Shown piece by piece: positions 9,905 to 18,997 of a DNA stretch of 64,000 nucleotides. This DNA comes from Candidatus Woesebacteria bacterium GW2011_GWA1_39_21. Its GTDB lineage: Bacteria; Patescibacteriota; Microgenomatia; UBA8517. The position numbers were made by a program, and so were the translations under genes. Each line of letters opens with the position of its first letter. Position 1 is the first letter of the stretch. The notes beneath the pieces are model-generated. The model was given only the letters and a program-made list of their open reading frames with translations, did no database searches and was not told the origin of the DNA. Location: positions 4,055 to 68,054 of the forward strand of contig LBWP01000004.1 of assembly GCA_000993685.1 (NCBI GenBank), in the 5' to 3' direction.

Positions 9905-10064
9905 AAATAAACAACCCATACCTCTTGGACATGAGCTTTCTCGCCTAATAGGCTTAAAGAGTCCTTCGACTGTACTCAGGATGATTGACATGGCGAACCA
10001 TTTGTTCACTGCTTCGCTTCAGCACAGGGCTGACAGCCCTGAGTTTTCGCGAAGTTTGAATAAA
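9905..10064 (+). repeat. Intergenic modular repeat, copy A (about 160 bp).
   Basis: Shares the 5' module AAATAAACAACC…TTCTCGCC, the internal module GAACCATTTGTTCACTGCTTCGCTTCA, a hairpin (CAGGGCTG/CAGCCCTG) and the 3' module GAGTTTTCGCGAAGTTTGAATAAAG with copies at 14044-14188(-), 15492-15636, 29381-29498 and 50084-50212. Confidence 0.8.
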
Positions 10065-10170
10065 GTCCCTATTATCAAAAGACAATAGAAGGATAGCTGA
10101 AAGCCAAAATAAAGTCAAGAATACGGGATAAACTTAATGTAGATTAAAGTAAGAGGTCAGAAAATCCGCT

Positions 10171-11400
10171 TTACTTTGCACTTGTTGTCTCGATAACTCT
10201 CGATTCGCGAATAACGGTCACTTTGATCTGACCAACATACTCCGCTTCCTTTTCAAGTTTTCTGGCAATGTCGTGCGCCAGAATTGTCAATTTATCGTCG
10301 TCAACCTCGTCAGGTTTAACAACAACTCGAACGTCACGTCCGGCCTGAAACGCATAGACGGCTTCAACTCCGGCAAAACCCCTGGCAATGTCTTCAATTT
10401 TATTCATCCGCACAACGTAATCATCGTGCGGTTCATACCTTGCACCCGGCCGCGAACCTGAAATCGCATCGGCAATCCAGACAATCGCTGATTCAACGGA
10501 AGAAAATGGCTTTTCCTCATGGTGTTCGGCAACACAAGCGATTACCTCTTTCGGAAGACCGTATTTTTTGAGTGTTGTTACTCCGACCTGAACATGCGTT
10601 CCTTCTTCACTGGTTACAACTTTACCAATATCGTGGAGAAGACACCCAAGTCTTATAATATCAACGTTTGCGCCAATTTCGTTCGCGACTGCGATACCGA
10701 TTTTTGTTTCCTCTATTGTGTGAATTCCAAGGTTTTGTCCGTACGAAGTTCTGAATTTGAATCTCCCAATAAGTTTAATTAGATCGATGGGTAAGTTGTA
10801 AACACCACATTCTTCGGTTATCTTTCTTCCTTCGGAAAGAAGTACGTCTTCCATCTGGGCTTTTGTTTGTTTGATGACTTCCTCAATTCTTGAAGGTTGT
10901 ATCCGTGTATCACGAATAAGTGTCTCCAACGATCTTTTGGCAATTTCGCGCCTGACAGCATCAAAAGAAGAAAGTCTGATTTCATTTGTTTCGTCAATTT
11001 CAATTTCAACACCGGCCTCTTTTTCGAAAGTCCTGATATTTCTTCCGCCTGCGCCGATGATCCTTCCTTTCACATCTTCATTTGGAACAGCAACCGAAGA
11101 CAAGCTATACTCGGCTGTATACGAAGTCGCGCCGTGTTTCATCGCATCAACCAGGATTTCCCTAGCCTTTTCACCTGCCTCAATTTTAATCCGTTCTTCT
11201 GCCGAACGGATCTTTTTCGCGATCTCTTCAGATAAATCTTTCTGGACTTCAGCAAGAAGCATTTTCTTTGCTTCGTCAACAGACAATCTGGCAGCTTTTG
11301 CAAGTTTGGCAGTTAGCTCCTTTTCTTTTTTGTCCAAATCTTCCATTTTCTTGTTCAAAACGGAATCCGATTTATAACCCGAATTGTTATTTAAAACCAT
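10171..11400 (-). CDS. rny: Ribonuclease Y (KH plus HD domain endoribonuclease); no obvious N-terminal TM anchor.
   Basis: N-terminal coiled-coil, a KH domain (IGAGGRNIRTFEKEAGVEIEI) and an HD domain (LLHDIGKV…HHE). This domain order is diagnostic of RNase Y. Confidence 0.85.
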   Translation of the reverse strand: MVLNNNSGYKSDSVLNKKMEDLDKKEKELTAKLAKAARLSVDEAKKMLLAEVQKDLSEEIAKKIRSAEERIKIEAGEKAREILVDAMKHGATSYTAEYSLSSVAVPNEDVKGRIIGAGGRNIRTFEKEAGVEIEIDETNEIRLSSFDAVRREIAKRSLETLIRDTRIQPSRIEEVIKQTKAQMEDVLLSEGRKITEECGVYNLPIDLIKLIGRFKFRTSYGQNLGIHTIEETKIGIAVANEIGANVDIIRLGCLLHDIGKVVTSEEGTHVQVGVTTLKKYGLPKEVIACVAEHHEEKPFSSVESAIVWIADAISGSRPGARYEPHDDYVVRMNKIEDIARGFAGVEAVYAFQAGRDVRVVVKPDEVDDDKLTILAHDIARKLEKEAEYVGQIKVTVIRESRVIETTSAK

Positions 11401-11629
11401 AATTTATGAAGAACACGAAGATATAACCTTCATTGAAGGTCCAGAAAAGAAAAATCCAGCGCGGTATTTCTTACCATATCCGTATTCTTTGTGTATATTT
11501 TATATGCTTATAGGTAGTTGGTCAATTAGAGGATTGTTATTATTTATTTTTACTTTATCAAATTATTAAAAAGCAAAAACGGATTGCTTAATAATTTATA
11601 TAGGCTTCCTGTTTTTCAACAAGATATTC

Positions 11630-12262
11630 TTAATTTTCCGTCATTAAGTGCCGCGCCCCATCTACCGCTTTTCTGATTATGTCCCAACTAAAGCCCTTTC
11701 TCGCCAAAAACATACAAGCCTTCTGGTGCGCAATCTTTTTTGGAAATTTTGCCCATTTATAAATATTTTTATCAAGTAACTTTTTTGCTGATCCCACTTC
11801 ATCTAAACCACTTTCTTGTAAAATCTGGTTAACGATATTGTTTTCAATTCCTTTAATTTTTAGCTCTGAAACCAATTCCCTTTTGGATTTGAATTTGAAT
11901 TGTATTCGCTGATCCACCCACCACTTGGCAAATTTCTCATCATCCAAAAGCTCCAGTTTTCGAAGTTTTTCCGAAAGAGTGTTTGTAAAGGACTCGTCTA
12001 CTTTTTTTCTTTTCAGCCAGTCGTTAATTTCCTTTTCGCTTCTGGGGCGAAGCGATGCAAAAAGTAAAAGTCGATCAAAAACTTTTTGAAATTCAGCTTT
12101 TTTTGTAATTTCAATTATTCTTTCTTCAGAAAGTTCCTGTTCTACTTTCAGTCCAAACTTTACGAAATTTTCCAGGTCAATTCCAAATCCAAATTTTCCG
12201 TCAAGATAAATGTTAACTCGACTTTTTTGCTTTTGCGGTTTAATAATTACTGTCATCATTTT
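11630..12262 (-). CDS. recX: RecX-like recombination regulator.
   Basis: About 210 aa of three-helix repeats, located downstream of recA on the same strand. Start chosen at MMTVIIKP (the ORF track extends it to 12301). Confidence 0.65.
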   Translation of the reverse strand, partial: KMMTVIIKPQKQKSRVNIYLDGKFGFGIDLENFVKFGLKVEQELSEERIIEITKKAEFQKVFDRLLLFASLRPRSEKEINDWLKRKKVDESFTNTLSEKLRKLELLDDEKFAKWWVDQRIQFKFKSKRELVSELKIKGIENNIVNQILQESGLDEVGSAKKLLDKNIYKWAKFPKKIAHQKACMFLARKGFSWDIIRKAVDGARHLMTEN

Positions 12263-12489
12263 CGGATCTGGATTGGGAAGACAAAAATGTCCAACCTTCA
12301 AGAGCCAAGGAAGGAAAACCGTTATGCCCCAATTATGGTCTTATTGGGTTATGTGCTGAACTCACTGGAATTGAGCCTGAAAAATTTGATAAACAGAAGC
12401 AGTTTTGCGGACTCAGAAAAAACCTCACTCTGGGGAAACAAACCGGTTGGCCAAAAGTTGCTTGTTGGGAGATACAAAAAGATCTAAGT

Positions 12490-12945
12490 ATGAAGTTGGC
12501 AATCGCACAAAAACCGGCTGATAAAATTGAACCAGAGTCTTCTATTCGAAGAGAATTAAACTCAAATAAATCATTAGCCGAGATATCAAAGTCTTTGGAA
12601 AAATACAACCAGGAGAAGAGCAAAGTTGAAGAGAGGGAAAATATATTAAATCGTTTCAGAGAAGTAATATTTAACAATTGTTACGTGCACACAGGAGACG
12701 ACGCTGAGAGGAATCCCCATATAAAAACAGTCTCGAAAGCTGATGATTTAAGTACATACAAAGTGTTGGGTCAAGTACAAACATTTGTTAGTGCACTATC
12801 AGAAATTACAGGGCGGGTTTATGATCCTAACCCCAAAGAGATATTTTTAAATGAAGTAGCCCAACCGGCACATAACTGCAAACAATGTCCCCACATGGTG
12901 GATTATGAATCTTGGCAAAACCGAGGTTCGCTTACACAGTTTTAA
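12490..12945 (+). CDS. Hypothetical protein (151 aa, Lys/Glu-rich, CxxC near the C-terminus), encoded on the opposite strand between recA and recX.
   Basis: Its composition (K/E/I-rich) matches genuine proteins of this genome, whereas the overlapping minus-strand ORF 12333-12677 is F/S/L-rich and antisense-like. It fills an otherwise 650-bp gap. No recognisable family. Confidence 0.4.
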   Translation: MKLAIAQKPADKIEPESSIRRELNSNKSLAEISKSLEKYNQEKSKVEERENILNRFREVIFNNCYVHTGDDAERNPHIKTVSKADDLSTYKVLGQVQTFVSALSEITGRVYDPNPKEIFLNEVAQPAHNCKQCPHMVDYESWQNRGSLTQF

Positions 12946-12956
12946 AATCACAATAT

Positions 12957-13997
12957 TTATTCCTCAGTTTCTTCCCCAATTTCCTTTGGTATCTTTTTAC
13001 CTGAAGCAACTAACTCGCGAATCTTTTTTTCAATCTCGTCATAAAGTTTTTTATCCTCTTTTAAAAGCAGTTTTGCACCTTCTTTTCCCTTCTTTTCTAA
13101 AATTCCCAGTTCCGTTGCAACATCCAAAAGTCCACCGGTTTTAGAAATACCTTCATCATTCATGATGTCAAATTCAGCAACCCGAAGTGGCGGGGCGACT
13201 TTATTTTTGACAACACGCGCCCGATGACGCGAGCCGATAACCACATCTCCGTCTTTCAAAACTTCAATTCTTCTAACATCAATTCTCACTGAAGCGTAAA
13301 ACTTCAGTGCCAAGCCACCGGGTGTCGTTTCAGGATTGCCAAACATCACGCCGATTTTTTGTCTCAGCTGGTTTGTAAAAATCAGGATTGTTTTGCTTTT
13401 AGAAATTGCACCGGTTAGTTTTCGCAACGCCTGGCTCATCAACCGCGCCTGAAGTCCCATCACCGCATCTCCCATTTCACCCTCGAGTTCAGCCCTTGGA
13501 ACAAGTGCTGCAACAGAATCGATAACAATCACATCCAAAGCTCCGGATCTGATAAGTGTTTCCGCTATCTCTAACGCTTGCTCACCCGTATCAGGTTGAG
13601 AAAGAAGAAGATCGTCTAGATTTACACCTATCGTTTCAGCCCTCTCGGGATCCAACGCATGTTCAGCATCAATAAAAGCACATTGTCCGCCCATTTTTTG
13701 CGCTTCGGCAATAACATGCAAAGCCAAGGTTGTTTTCCCTGACGCTTCGGGGCCGTAGATTTCAATAATTCTACCGCGTGGAAGACCACCAACTCCAAGA
13801 GCAAGATCCAAAGCAATCGAACCTGTTGGTACTACATTTACCCTAAACTTTTCCTCCACCTTTTCGCCAAGACGCATAATCGCACCCTTACCGTACTGTT
13901 TCTCAATTTGATCCATTGCAAGACGTATCGCGGTTAATTTTGCGGAGGAATTTTCCTGTGGTACCGGCGTTTCAACCGGTTTACTTTTCTTAGACAT
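12957..13997 (-). CDS. recA: Recombinase RecA.
   Basis: Near-canonical RecA: [21 protein letters not shown], and the L1/L2 loops. Confidence 0.97.
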   Translation of the reverse strand: MSKKSKPVETPVPQENSSAKLTAIRLAMDQIEKQYGKGAIMRLGEKVEEKFRVNVVPTGSIALDLALGVGGLPRGRIIEIYGPEASGKTTLALHVIAEAQKMGGQCAFIDAEHALDPERAETIGVNLDDLLLSQPDTGEQALEIAETLIRSGALDVIVIDSVAALVPRAELEGEMGDAVMGLQARLMSQALRKLTGAISKSKTILIFTNQLRQKIGVMFGNPETTPGGLALKFYASVRIDVRRIEVLKDGDVVIGSRHRARVVKNKVAPPLRVAEFDIMNDEGISKTGGLLDVATELGILEKKGKEGAKLLLKEDKKLYDEIEKKIRELVASGKKIPKEIGEETEE

Positions 13998-14043
13998 TAT
14001 AAGGTATGTTTACCATAAAAAATTCCTAATAACAACAAGAATT

Positions 14044-14188
14044 TTATTCAAACTTTGCCAAAACTGTGAACTTCGAGTTTTCGGATATCTCTGACTAGGA
14101 GAGAAGCGAATCAGTGAACAGACCCGCCTCGCCGGCTGGCAGGCTCTTCGCAGAAAACCGATGGTTAAGAAACCTCGGTTGTTTATTT
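14044..14188 (-). repeat. Intergenic modular repeat, copy E (minus orientation, about 145 bp).
   Basis: The reverse complement reads AAATAAACAACCGAGGTTTCTTAACCATCGGTTTTCTGCGAAGAGCCTGCCAGCCGGCGAGGCGGGTCTGTTCACTGATTCGCTTC…GTTTTGGCAAAGTTTGAATAAAAT, which is near-identical to copy C (50084-50212). The mltG stop codon lies inside its AATAAAC 5' end. Confidence 0.8.
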
Positions 14189-15193
14189 ATTAAGGTATTT
14201 TCTGACGTTTGCGGCGTGTTCCTCCGCGGTTTTTGCATAATGGATGGTTCCGTCCGGGGAATGAATGTAAAACCAGTAGTCAGACACTTGAGGGTCAAGT
14301 GCAGCTTGGAGTGACTCCAAACCGGGATTGCAAATCGGAGCCAACGGGAGACCTTTATACTTATAAGTATTATAAGGTGAGTCTACATCAAGGTCTTGTA
14401 GTGTAAGAACTGGCCACCAGTTAATATCTTTCTGCTTTTGCAACTTCAGACTTACATTTGCAACAGCATATTGAACACTCGCGTCAACTTGTAATGGCCA
14501 ACCGTTTTCGATTCTTTTCCATAGTATCCCGGAAACTATTGGTTTTTCAGAAGTTGTTTTTGTCTCCCTTTCTAATATCGAAGCCATTGTCACAATTTCA
14601 CCTTTAGTAAATTTGCTGTCGGCATATTTTTTTACAAGCGACTCATACTTATCATCAAAAGTCGATCTTAATCTTTCGAAAACGAGTTTTGCCGTTGCTT
14701 CTTTCGGAAAGAGGTATGTATCAGGAAATAAATACCCTTCTGATGTTTTTGCCAAATCCAAAAATTGCTCTTTAAAAACGATTGTCTCTTCAGAATTCAT
14801 CGGCAGAGATTCTGTAATTCTTAAAACAATTTCCTCCTTACGAAGACCCTCGGGAATAATCACCCAAAACTCTTTTGGGCCTTTCCCAAGTACACTTACT
14901 ATTTCAGAAACACTCATTGAAGGTGACAGTTCAAATTCACCCGCATTGATACTTTTTGTTTTATTTAATAATGTTACATAAATTTTAAAAACCAGTTGAT
15001 TTCTGATTAATCTGTTGTTATATAGAAACGAACCAATTTCACTAGCAGCCGTCCCTTTTGGAACAACAAAGGTTACCTTCTCTTCTGAATTTGAAACTGG
15101 GGTAAGTTCTTTTTTAAACCAGTAGTAAAAGGAGGACGCGGAAAAGATAACGACTATTAAAATGAGAACAAAAATAAAATAAATCCTTTTCAT
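14183..15193 (-). CDS. mltG: Endolytic murein transglycosylase MltG (YceG family).
   Basis: N-terminal TM anchor and the YceG signature region SPYNTYKYKGLPLAPICNPGLESLQAAL. Confidence 0.85.
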   Translation of the reverse strand: MKRIYFIFVLILIVVIFSASSFYYWFKKELTPVSNSEEKVTFVVPKGTAASEIGSFLYNNRLIRNQLVFKIYVTLLNKTKSINAGEFELSPSMSVSEIVSVLGKGPKEFWVIIPEGLRKEEIVLRITESLPMNSEETIVFKEQFLDLAKTSEGYLFPDTYLFPKEATAKLVFERLRSTFDDKYESLVKKYADSKFTKGEIVTMASILERETKTTSEKPIVSGILWKRIENGWPLQVDASVQYAVANVSLKLQKQKDINWWPVLTLQDLDVDSPYNTYKYKGLPLAPICNPGLESLQAALDPQVSDYWFYIHSPDGTIHYAKTAEEHAANVRKYLNK

Positions 15194-15248
15194 TCCACAT
15201 TAACAAGATGTAGTTTCATTTTTGCCCTCAATTACCAAACGCCTTTGG

Positions 15249-15449
15249 TTACACCTCTTCCAAAAGAGCTCTGCGGTAATTTTCGTCTTTGGGGTTATAA
15301 ATAAAGATCCTTCCGCAAGAGCAGGTTACTTTCTCCATGCCATCACCGTGTTTTACTTTTTTCGCGATATTTAACGGCTTTCCGCAACCAACACACCTGC
15401 CTTGCGAAAGTAGCCAGGCCTGGATTGGAGCGATTACATTCTTTAGCAT
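15249..15449 (-). CDS. Small zinc-ribbon protein (CxxC…CxC).
   Basis: 66 aa with CVGCGK…CSCGR. Small ORF with weak support. Confidence 0.4.
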   Translation of the reverse strand: MLKNVIAPIQAWLLSQGRCVGCGKPLNIAKKVKHGDGMEKVTCSCGRIFIYNPKDENYRRALLEEV

Positions 15450-15491
15450 AATTATATTTTAATTATAACACAAAGATAAGCTTGTGCTGTC

Positions 15492-15636
15492 AAATAAACT
15501 ACCTAAGGGCTAAGAGTCCTCGGAATTCTCGCCCTTTGGTCTCAACAAGTCCTTCAGTTTTTACTTAAGATGGTGAACTAACCCGAACCATTTGATCACT
15601 CCTTCCTTTCATCCGTGGACTAAGAGTCCACGGTTT
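15492..15636 (+). repeat. Intergenic modular repeat, copy D (about 145 bp).
   Basis: AAATAAACTACCTAAGGGCTAAGAGTCCTCGGAATTCTCGCCC…GAACCATTTGATCACTCCTTCCTTTCATCCGTGGACTAAGAGTCCACGGTTTTGGCGAAG. It contains a perfect 9-bp hairpin CCGTGGACT/AGTCCACGG and overlaps the last codons and stop of ruvX. Confidence 0.8.
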
Positions 15637-16000
15637 TGGCGAAGATAATTGCCGCAGAGTAGGCATCTTCCATCTCTTTTCGTTTTTTCCTTTTGATTCC
15701 AGCGCCAATTGACAACTCCTGCGCATCCTGAGTTGACAATGATTCATCTTGAAAGACGATCTGGCAACTTAACTTCCTGCCTAACTTTACAACAAACCCC
15801 TTTGTCTCTTTGGCCATTTCCCCATCCGATAACCCAAAAACCACTGTTGCCACTGACTGTTCTTCTGCGGCTTGTTTCACTTTTTCCAATCCATCGACTT
15901 CGTCGTCATACCTGATAACCTTCCACGGTTCTGAAATCACACCGTCTGAAACAGCTAAACCTATTTTTTTTCTTCCATAATCAATCCCTAAAAATTTCAT
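15620..16000 (-). CDS. ruvX: Putative pre-16S rRNA nuclease / Holliday-junction-resolvase-like YqgF (RuvX).
   Basis: GIDYGRKKIGLAVSD at the N-terminus (RNase H-like fold, YqgF family). The C-terminal codons (…FAKTVDS*) are encoded within repeat copy D. Confidence 0.85.
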   Translation of the reverse strand: MKFLGIDYGRKKIGLAVSDGVISEPWKVIRYDDEVDGLEKVKQAAEEQSVATVVFGLSDGEMAKETKGFVVKLGRKLSCQIVFQDESLSTQDAQELSIGAGIKRKKRKEMEDAYSAAIIFAKTVDS

Positions 16001-16659
16001 ATTTTTACAATCTTCGCTCTAACCACAAGTCTTCTAGGATTAAGCGGGTGTCCAGGTGGAACACAAGTCACCAAACTTAAAAAGGAATCGTCATACCGCT
16101 GATCTAAAATATTTAAGTTGTCAGGATTAACTTCGAACATTTCGCTTACCAGATATTTATACATAACACTTCCACTATTTACAACAATCTCGTCACCAGT
16201 TTTTAATTTGGGAATTGTCGAAAAGATAGTCAGGTAGTCTTTTGGGTTAAAAAATATCGGCAAAACCGAGTGGCCAAAAATCACCGTGTTTCCAATCTGC
16301 CCCGGACGCGCAGTTCCCGGATATTGAATTAAGCTTTTTGACAAATCTTCCCCACCAACATAGACTTGCGCATTTGTTATCTTCAGACGAGGAATCGACA
16401 ATCTGTATTCGTTACTATCAGAATCACCTTGTCCTAAATCATACTCTGAAGACCAATTTCCCAGTTCCTTATAGTCCTTAAGCGACTGCATTAAAATACT
16501 TTTGTGTTCTTGCTCGGTAATTGGACTGACCAGACGGGGAAACCTTTTTCTTGAAACGTATTCGTACTGGATGATCGGGTATACAGAAAGAATAATTACA
16601 AGTACCCCAAAAAATGCAAGAATCAACGCAAGCATTCTTAAGGGAGCTTTTCTTGCCAT
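15997..16659 (-). CDS. Sortase family transpeptidase.
   Basis: N-terminal TM anchor, catalytic His in VIFGHS, the TLxTC-like SLVTCVPPG with catalytic Cys, and a downstream Arg (RRLVVRA). Confidence 0.75.
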   Translation of the reverse strand: MARKAPLRMLALILAFFGVLVIILSVYPIIQYEYVSRKRFPRLVSPITEQEHKSILMQSLKDYKELGNWSSEYDLGQGDSDSNEYRLSIPRLKITNAQVYVGGEDLSKSLIQYPGTARPGQIGNTVIFGHSVLPIFFNPKDYLTIFSTIPKLKTGDEIVVNSGSVMYKYLVSEMFEVNPDNLNILDQRYDDSFLSLVTCVPPGHPLNPRRLVVRAKIVKI

Positions 16660-16665
16660 AAGGAA

Positions 16666-18930
16666 TTACTTATCCGCGCTAACAGAAATTTCTATGTTTC
16701 CTGGCACTCTAGGAAGTGTTCCAAGTCTCCCCGGGAGGTTGATGTTTAAGAACTTGATGACAACTCTTTCATAGCCTGGGACATTATTTTTCAAATACTC
16801 CTCAGCTGTATTTGGGAATTTTCCAGTGATGTTTTTTCTGATCTTATCGATATCAACTTGAGGTAAGAGATTCGCGCTTACAATAAGCTTTAAGTTGTAA
16901 ACACTATCTTCCTTAGTTTGATAAGTGAAGTCTGATTCAATTTGATTATTTTTCAAACTGTATCCTGTCGGAACCCTTTGCGATAAGTATTTTAGTCCGA
17001 GTTTTTCAATATCGTTTTTATTGACAGTTACACCATCTGCCTTCAACTCCAAACTAAGCGATAAAGTGGTTCCTTCGTCGCCAACTTTCTTGTCAAATTC
17101 TTTATTGGTGAGAGAATAGGTGATTGAGTCAGCAATCAAGACCTGGCTGTCGGGTATTTTACCGCTTAATTTTTCCTTTAAATTGCTTTGTATTTCACTT
17201 TGTAAATCGTCAAACAGTTTCTTCTGATCGGCCTCAGAAACCGCATTGACCTCACGGCTTGTTCCACCCGAAAAGGCAGATTCGTTGGTCGCCTCCATAT
17301 CAGCATTGGAATAGTTGGCAACCGTAAAGGTTGAACCGGCCGCAAGATTGTATTGCGCACCAATTTCCTTAGCAGTTACCTTTGCTTTGGTAACACCTCG
17401 TGTCAAAACGCTCCCACTAGCAACGTTAATCTCTTCATCCAAAGAAAAATTCAGACTTCCCGGCCCTTTGATTAAAGTGTCTTTATCTAACTTGAGCGAA
17501 CTTCCTGAACGGTATATTGTTACTTCACCACTAGCCTTGTCTCCAACAACTTTCGTTCCAGTCGTTGAAACACTTTTGTCTTCCGACAATGATTCGTCAA
17601 CCACACCACCTGCAAGAAGCAGATCATCAAAATCTGATGAGCTTGCACTGCTATCAACCCTGATTTCAACATCCTCCTGAATATTTTTAGGTGAGACATA
17701 AATAGACACCTCCGCTTTCGGGAAAAACCACCAAAAAACAAACAGTCCTACTGTTACTAAAAATAAAATCAAAAATCCAACAATTAAAGGTTTCGGAGTT
17801 GGCAATCGCATTGTGACACTCGATTCCGAAATATTTTCGCTGTGGCGTTGAAATCTCTTGAAGAAAGAAAAAAGATTTGAAATCCTACCAAGTTTGTCCG
17901 TAAAAGTTTTTTTCTGGGGGGATGCAGGCATTTGTGCTTCTTCTTGTGGAGCATTTTTCTGCTCCACAAACTTACTAGCAATCGCAACTTCGTTGCCTAA
18001 GGCATCCTCCTTGTTTACAGTAAAACCAAAGTCTTCTGGAGAAATATCGCTGTCGGGTTCTGTCAAATTTGATGTTTCATGCCGAATAGTATCATTTGAC
18101 TGGGCATCAAGTTTGTCATCCGCAGCTACATTTTCCATTCCAGGTTCCACTGGCAAATCGGAAGAGGTGTCGATTTGCTCAACGTTCCCCATTTCGGCAC
18201 CACCCGCAAGGCAAACCGCATGGACTTTCTTGTCAGACGGAACAATTTCAATTTTTGGAGTGTGAAGAAATTTTATATCTTTATAATTTTCCCAATCAGC
18301 CTTAATCAACTCCTGCCTGATTTCATCTAATTCACCTTCTTTCGAATTGTAGAGTATAATTCTCGAAGGATATGCCTCGTCCGATTTAAAGCGGGACAGC
18401 CCTTCAGAAACATCTTCGACAACCGAAACGCTTCGCGCAATTTGCGACACACCAACCAATTTCCCCAATCTGAAAATTGACAATTCTAAATTATCTTGAA
18501 AAACTCCCAAAAAGACGGCGTTTACCAGACCACCTTCCTCCGCTTTAAAATAATTACAAAGCGCCTCGGACATCACCACAAAACCAACGGGTTCAAGGGA
18601 TAATTCGGAACAGACTCTTTTTATTTTTGACAGATATTCCGCTTTAATCTCTCCATCTTCCACCCAAGAAGAGACTACGCCAAAAACAGTTTTAGAAGGG
18701 GGATCGATTTCTTCAGGAAAATTCTGTACAACTGAAGAACAACTTGCATCGCATGCTGAAACAAGCTCATCGTCAAGATGCCATGAAGATGAAGGACTAA
18801 CAGAGATTACCTGGACTTTGTTTTCAGTCAATTTCCAAATACCTGCCGAAACCCATTCAGGCTCAATTGCCAAAGACCAAAAATACCTTTCTTCTTCCTT
18901 CCTTTTGGGCAGTACGCTTTTTAAATCCAT
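16666..18930 (-). CDS. Large membrane protein (754 aa): a cytoplasmic N-terminal domain of about 380 aa (possibly an actin-like PilM/FtsA-type fold), a single TM, then a roughly 350-aa extracytoplasmic Ser/Thr-rich domain.
   Basis: Central TM LIVGFLILFLVTVGLFVFWWFF. N-terminal segments (LAIEPEWVSAGIWKLTENKVQVISVSP; …KVHAVCLAGGAEMG) loosely resemble PilM/FtsA phosphate motifs. The 4-bp overlap with the sortase gene suggests co-transcription. Confidence 0.6.
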   Translation of the reverse strand: MDLKSVLPKRKEEERYFWSLAIEPEWVSAGIWKLTENKVQVISVSPSSSWHLDDELVSACDASCSSVVQNFPEEIDPPSKTVFGVVSSWVEDGEIKAEYLSKIKRVCSELSLEPVGFVVMSEALCNYFKAEEGGLVNAVFLGVFQDNLELSIFRLGKLVGVSQIARSVSVVEDVSEGLSRFKSDEAYPSRIILYNSKEGELDEIRQELIKADWENYKDIKFLHTPKIEIVPSDKKVHAVCLAGGAEMGNVEQIDTSSDLPVEPGMENVAADDKLDAQSNDTIRHETSNLTEPDSDISPEDFGFTVNKEDALGNEVAIASKFVEQKNAPQEEAQMPASPQKKTFTDKLGRISNLFSFFKRFQRHSENISESSVTMRLPTPKPLIVGFLILFLVTVGLFVFWWFFPKAEVSIYVSPKNIQEDVEIRVDSSASSSDFDDLLLAGGVVDESLSEDKSVSTTGTKVVGDKASGEVTIYRSGSSLKLDKDTLIKGPGSLNFSLDEEINVASGSVLTRGVTKAKVTAKEIGAQYNLAAGSTFTVANYSNADMEATNESAFSGGTSREVNAVSEADQKKLFDDLQSEIQSNLKEKLSGKIPDSQVLIADSITYSLTNKEFDKKVGDEGTTLSLSLELKADGVTVNKNDIEKLGLKYLSQRVPTGYSLKNNQIESDFTYQTKEDSVYNLKLIVSANLLPQVDIDKIRKNITGKFPNTAEEYLKNNVPGYERVVIKFLNINLPGRLGTLPRVPGNIEISVSADK

Positions 18931-18997
18931 ACACTACAAAAAACCAAAACCGTCAAAAGATTTTGTATGTGTTTCTACACTGTTGGAAGCTTGCTTG

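Noticed and set aside
9609-10088. 159-aa plus-strand ORF and 90-aa ORF (9634-9906) near hup.
   Set aside because: They run antisense through the hup CDS and then through intergenic repeat copy A. The peptide segment …FTASLQHRADSPEFSRSLNK is a translation of the repeat, and the same peptide appears at copy C.
10871-11377. 168-aa and 112-aa plus-strand ORFs.
   Set aside because: Antisense to RNase Y (rny); composition is antisense-like.
12333-12677. 114-aa minus-strand ORF between recX and recA.
   Set aside because: Its F/S/L-rich composition is typical of an antisense frame. The overlapping plus-strand 151-aa ORF has genome-typical composition and is preferred, though at low confidence.
17315-18265. 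121-aa and 135-aa plus-strand ORFs.
   Set aside because: Antisense within the 754-aa membrane protein gene; Ser/Thr/Pro low-complexity reflecting the complementary strand.
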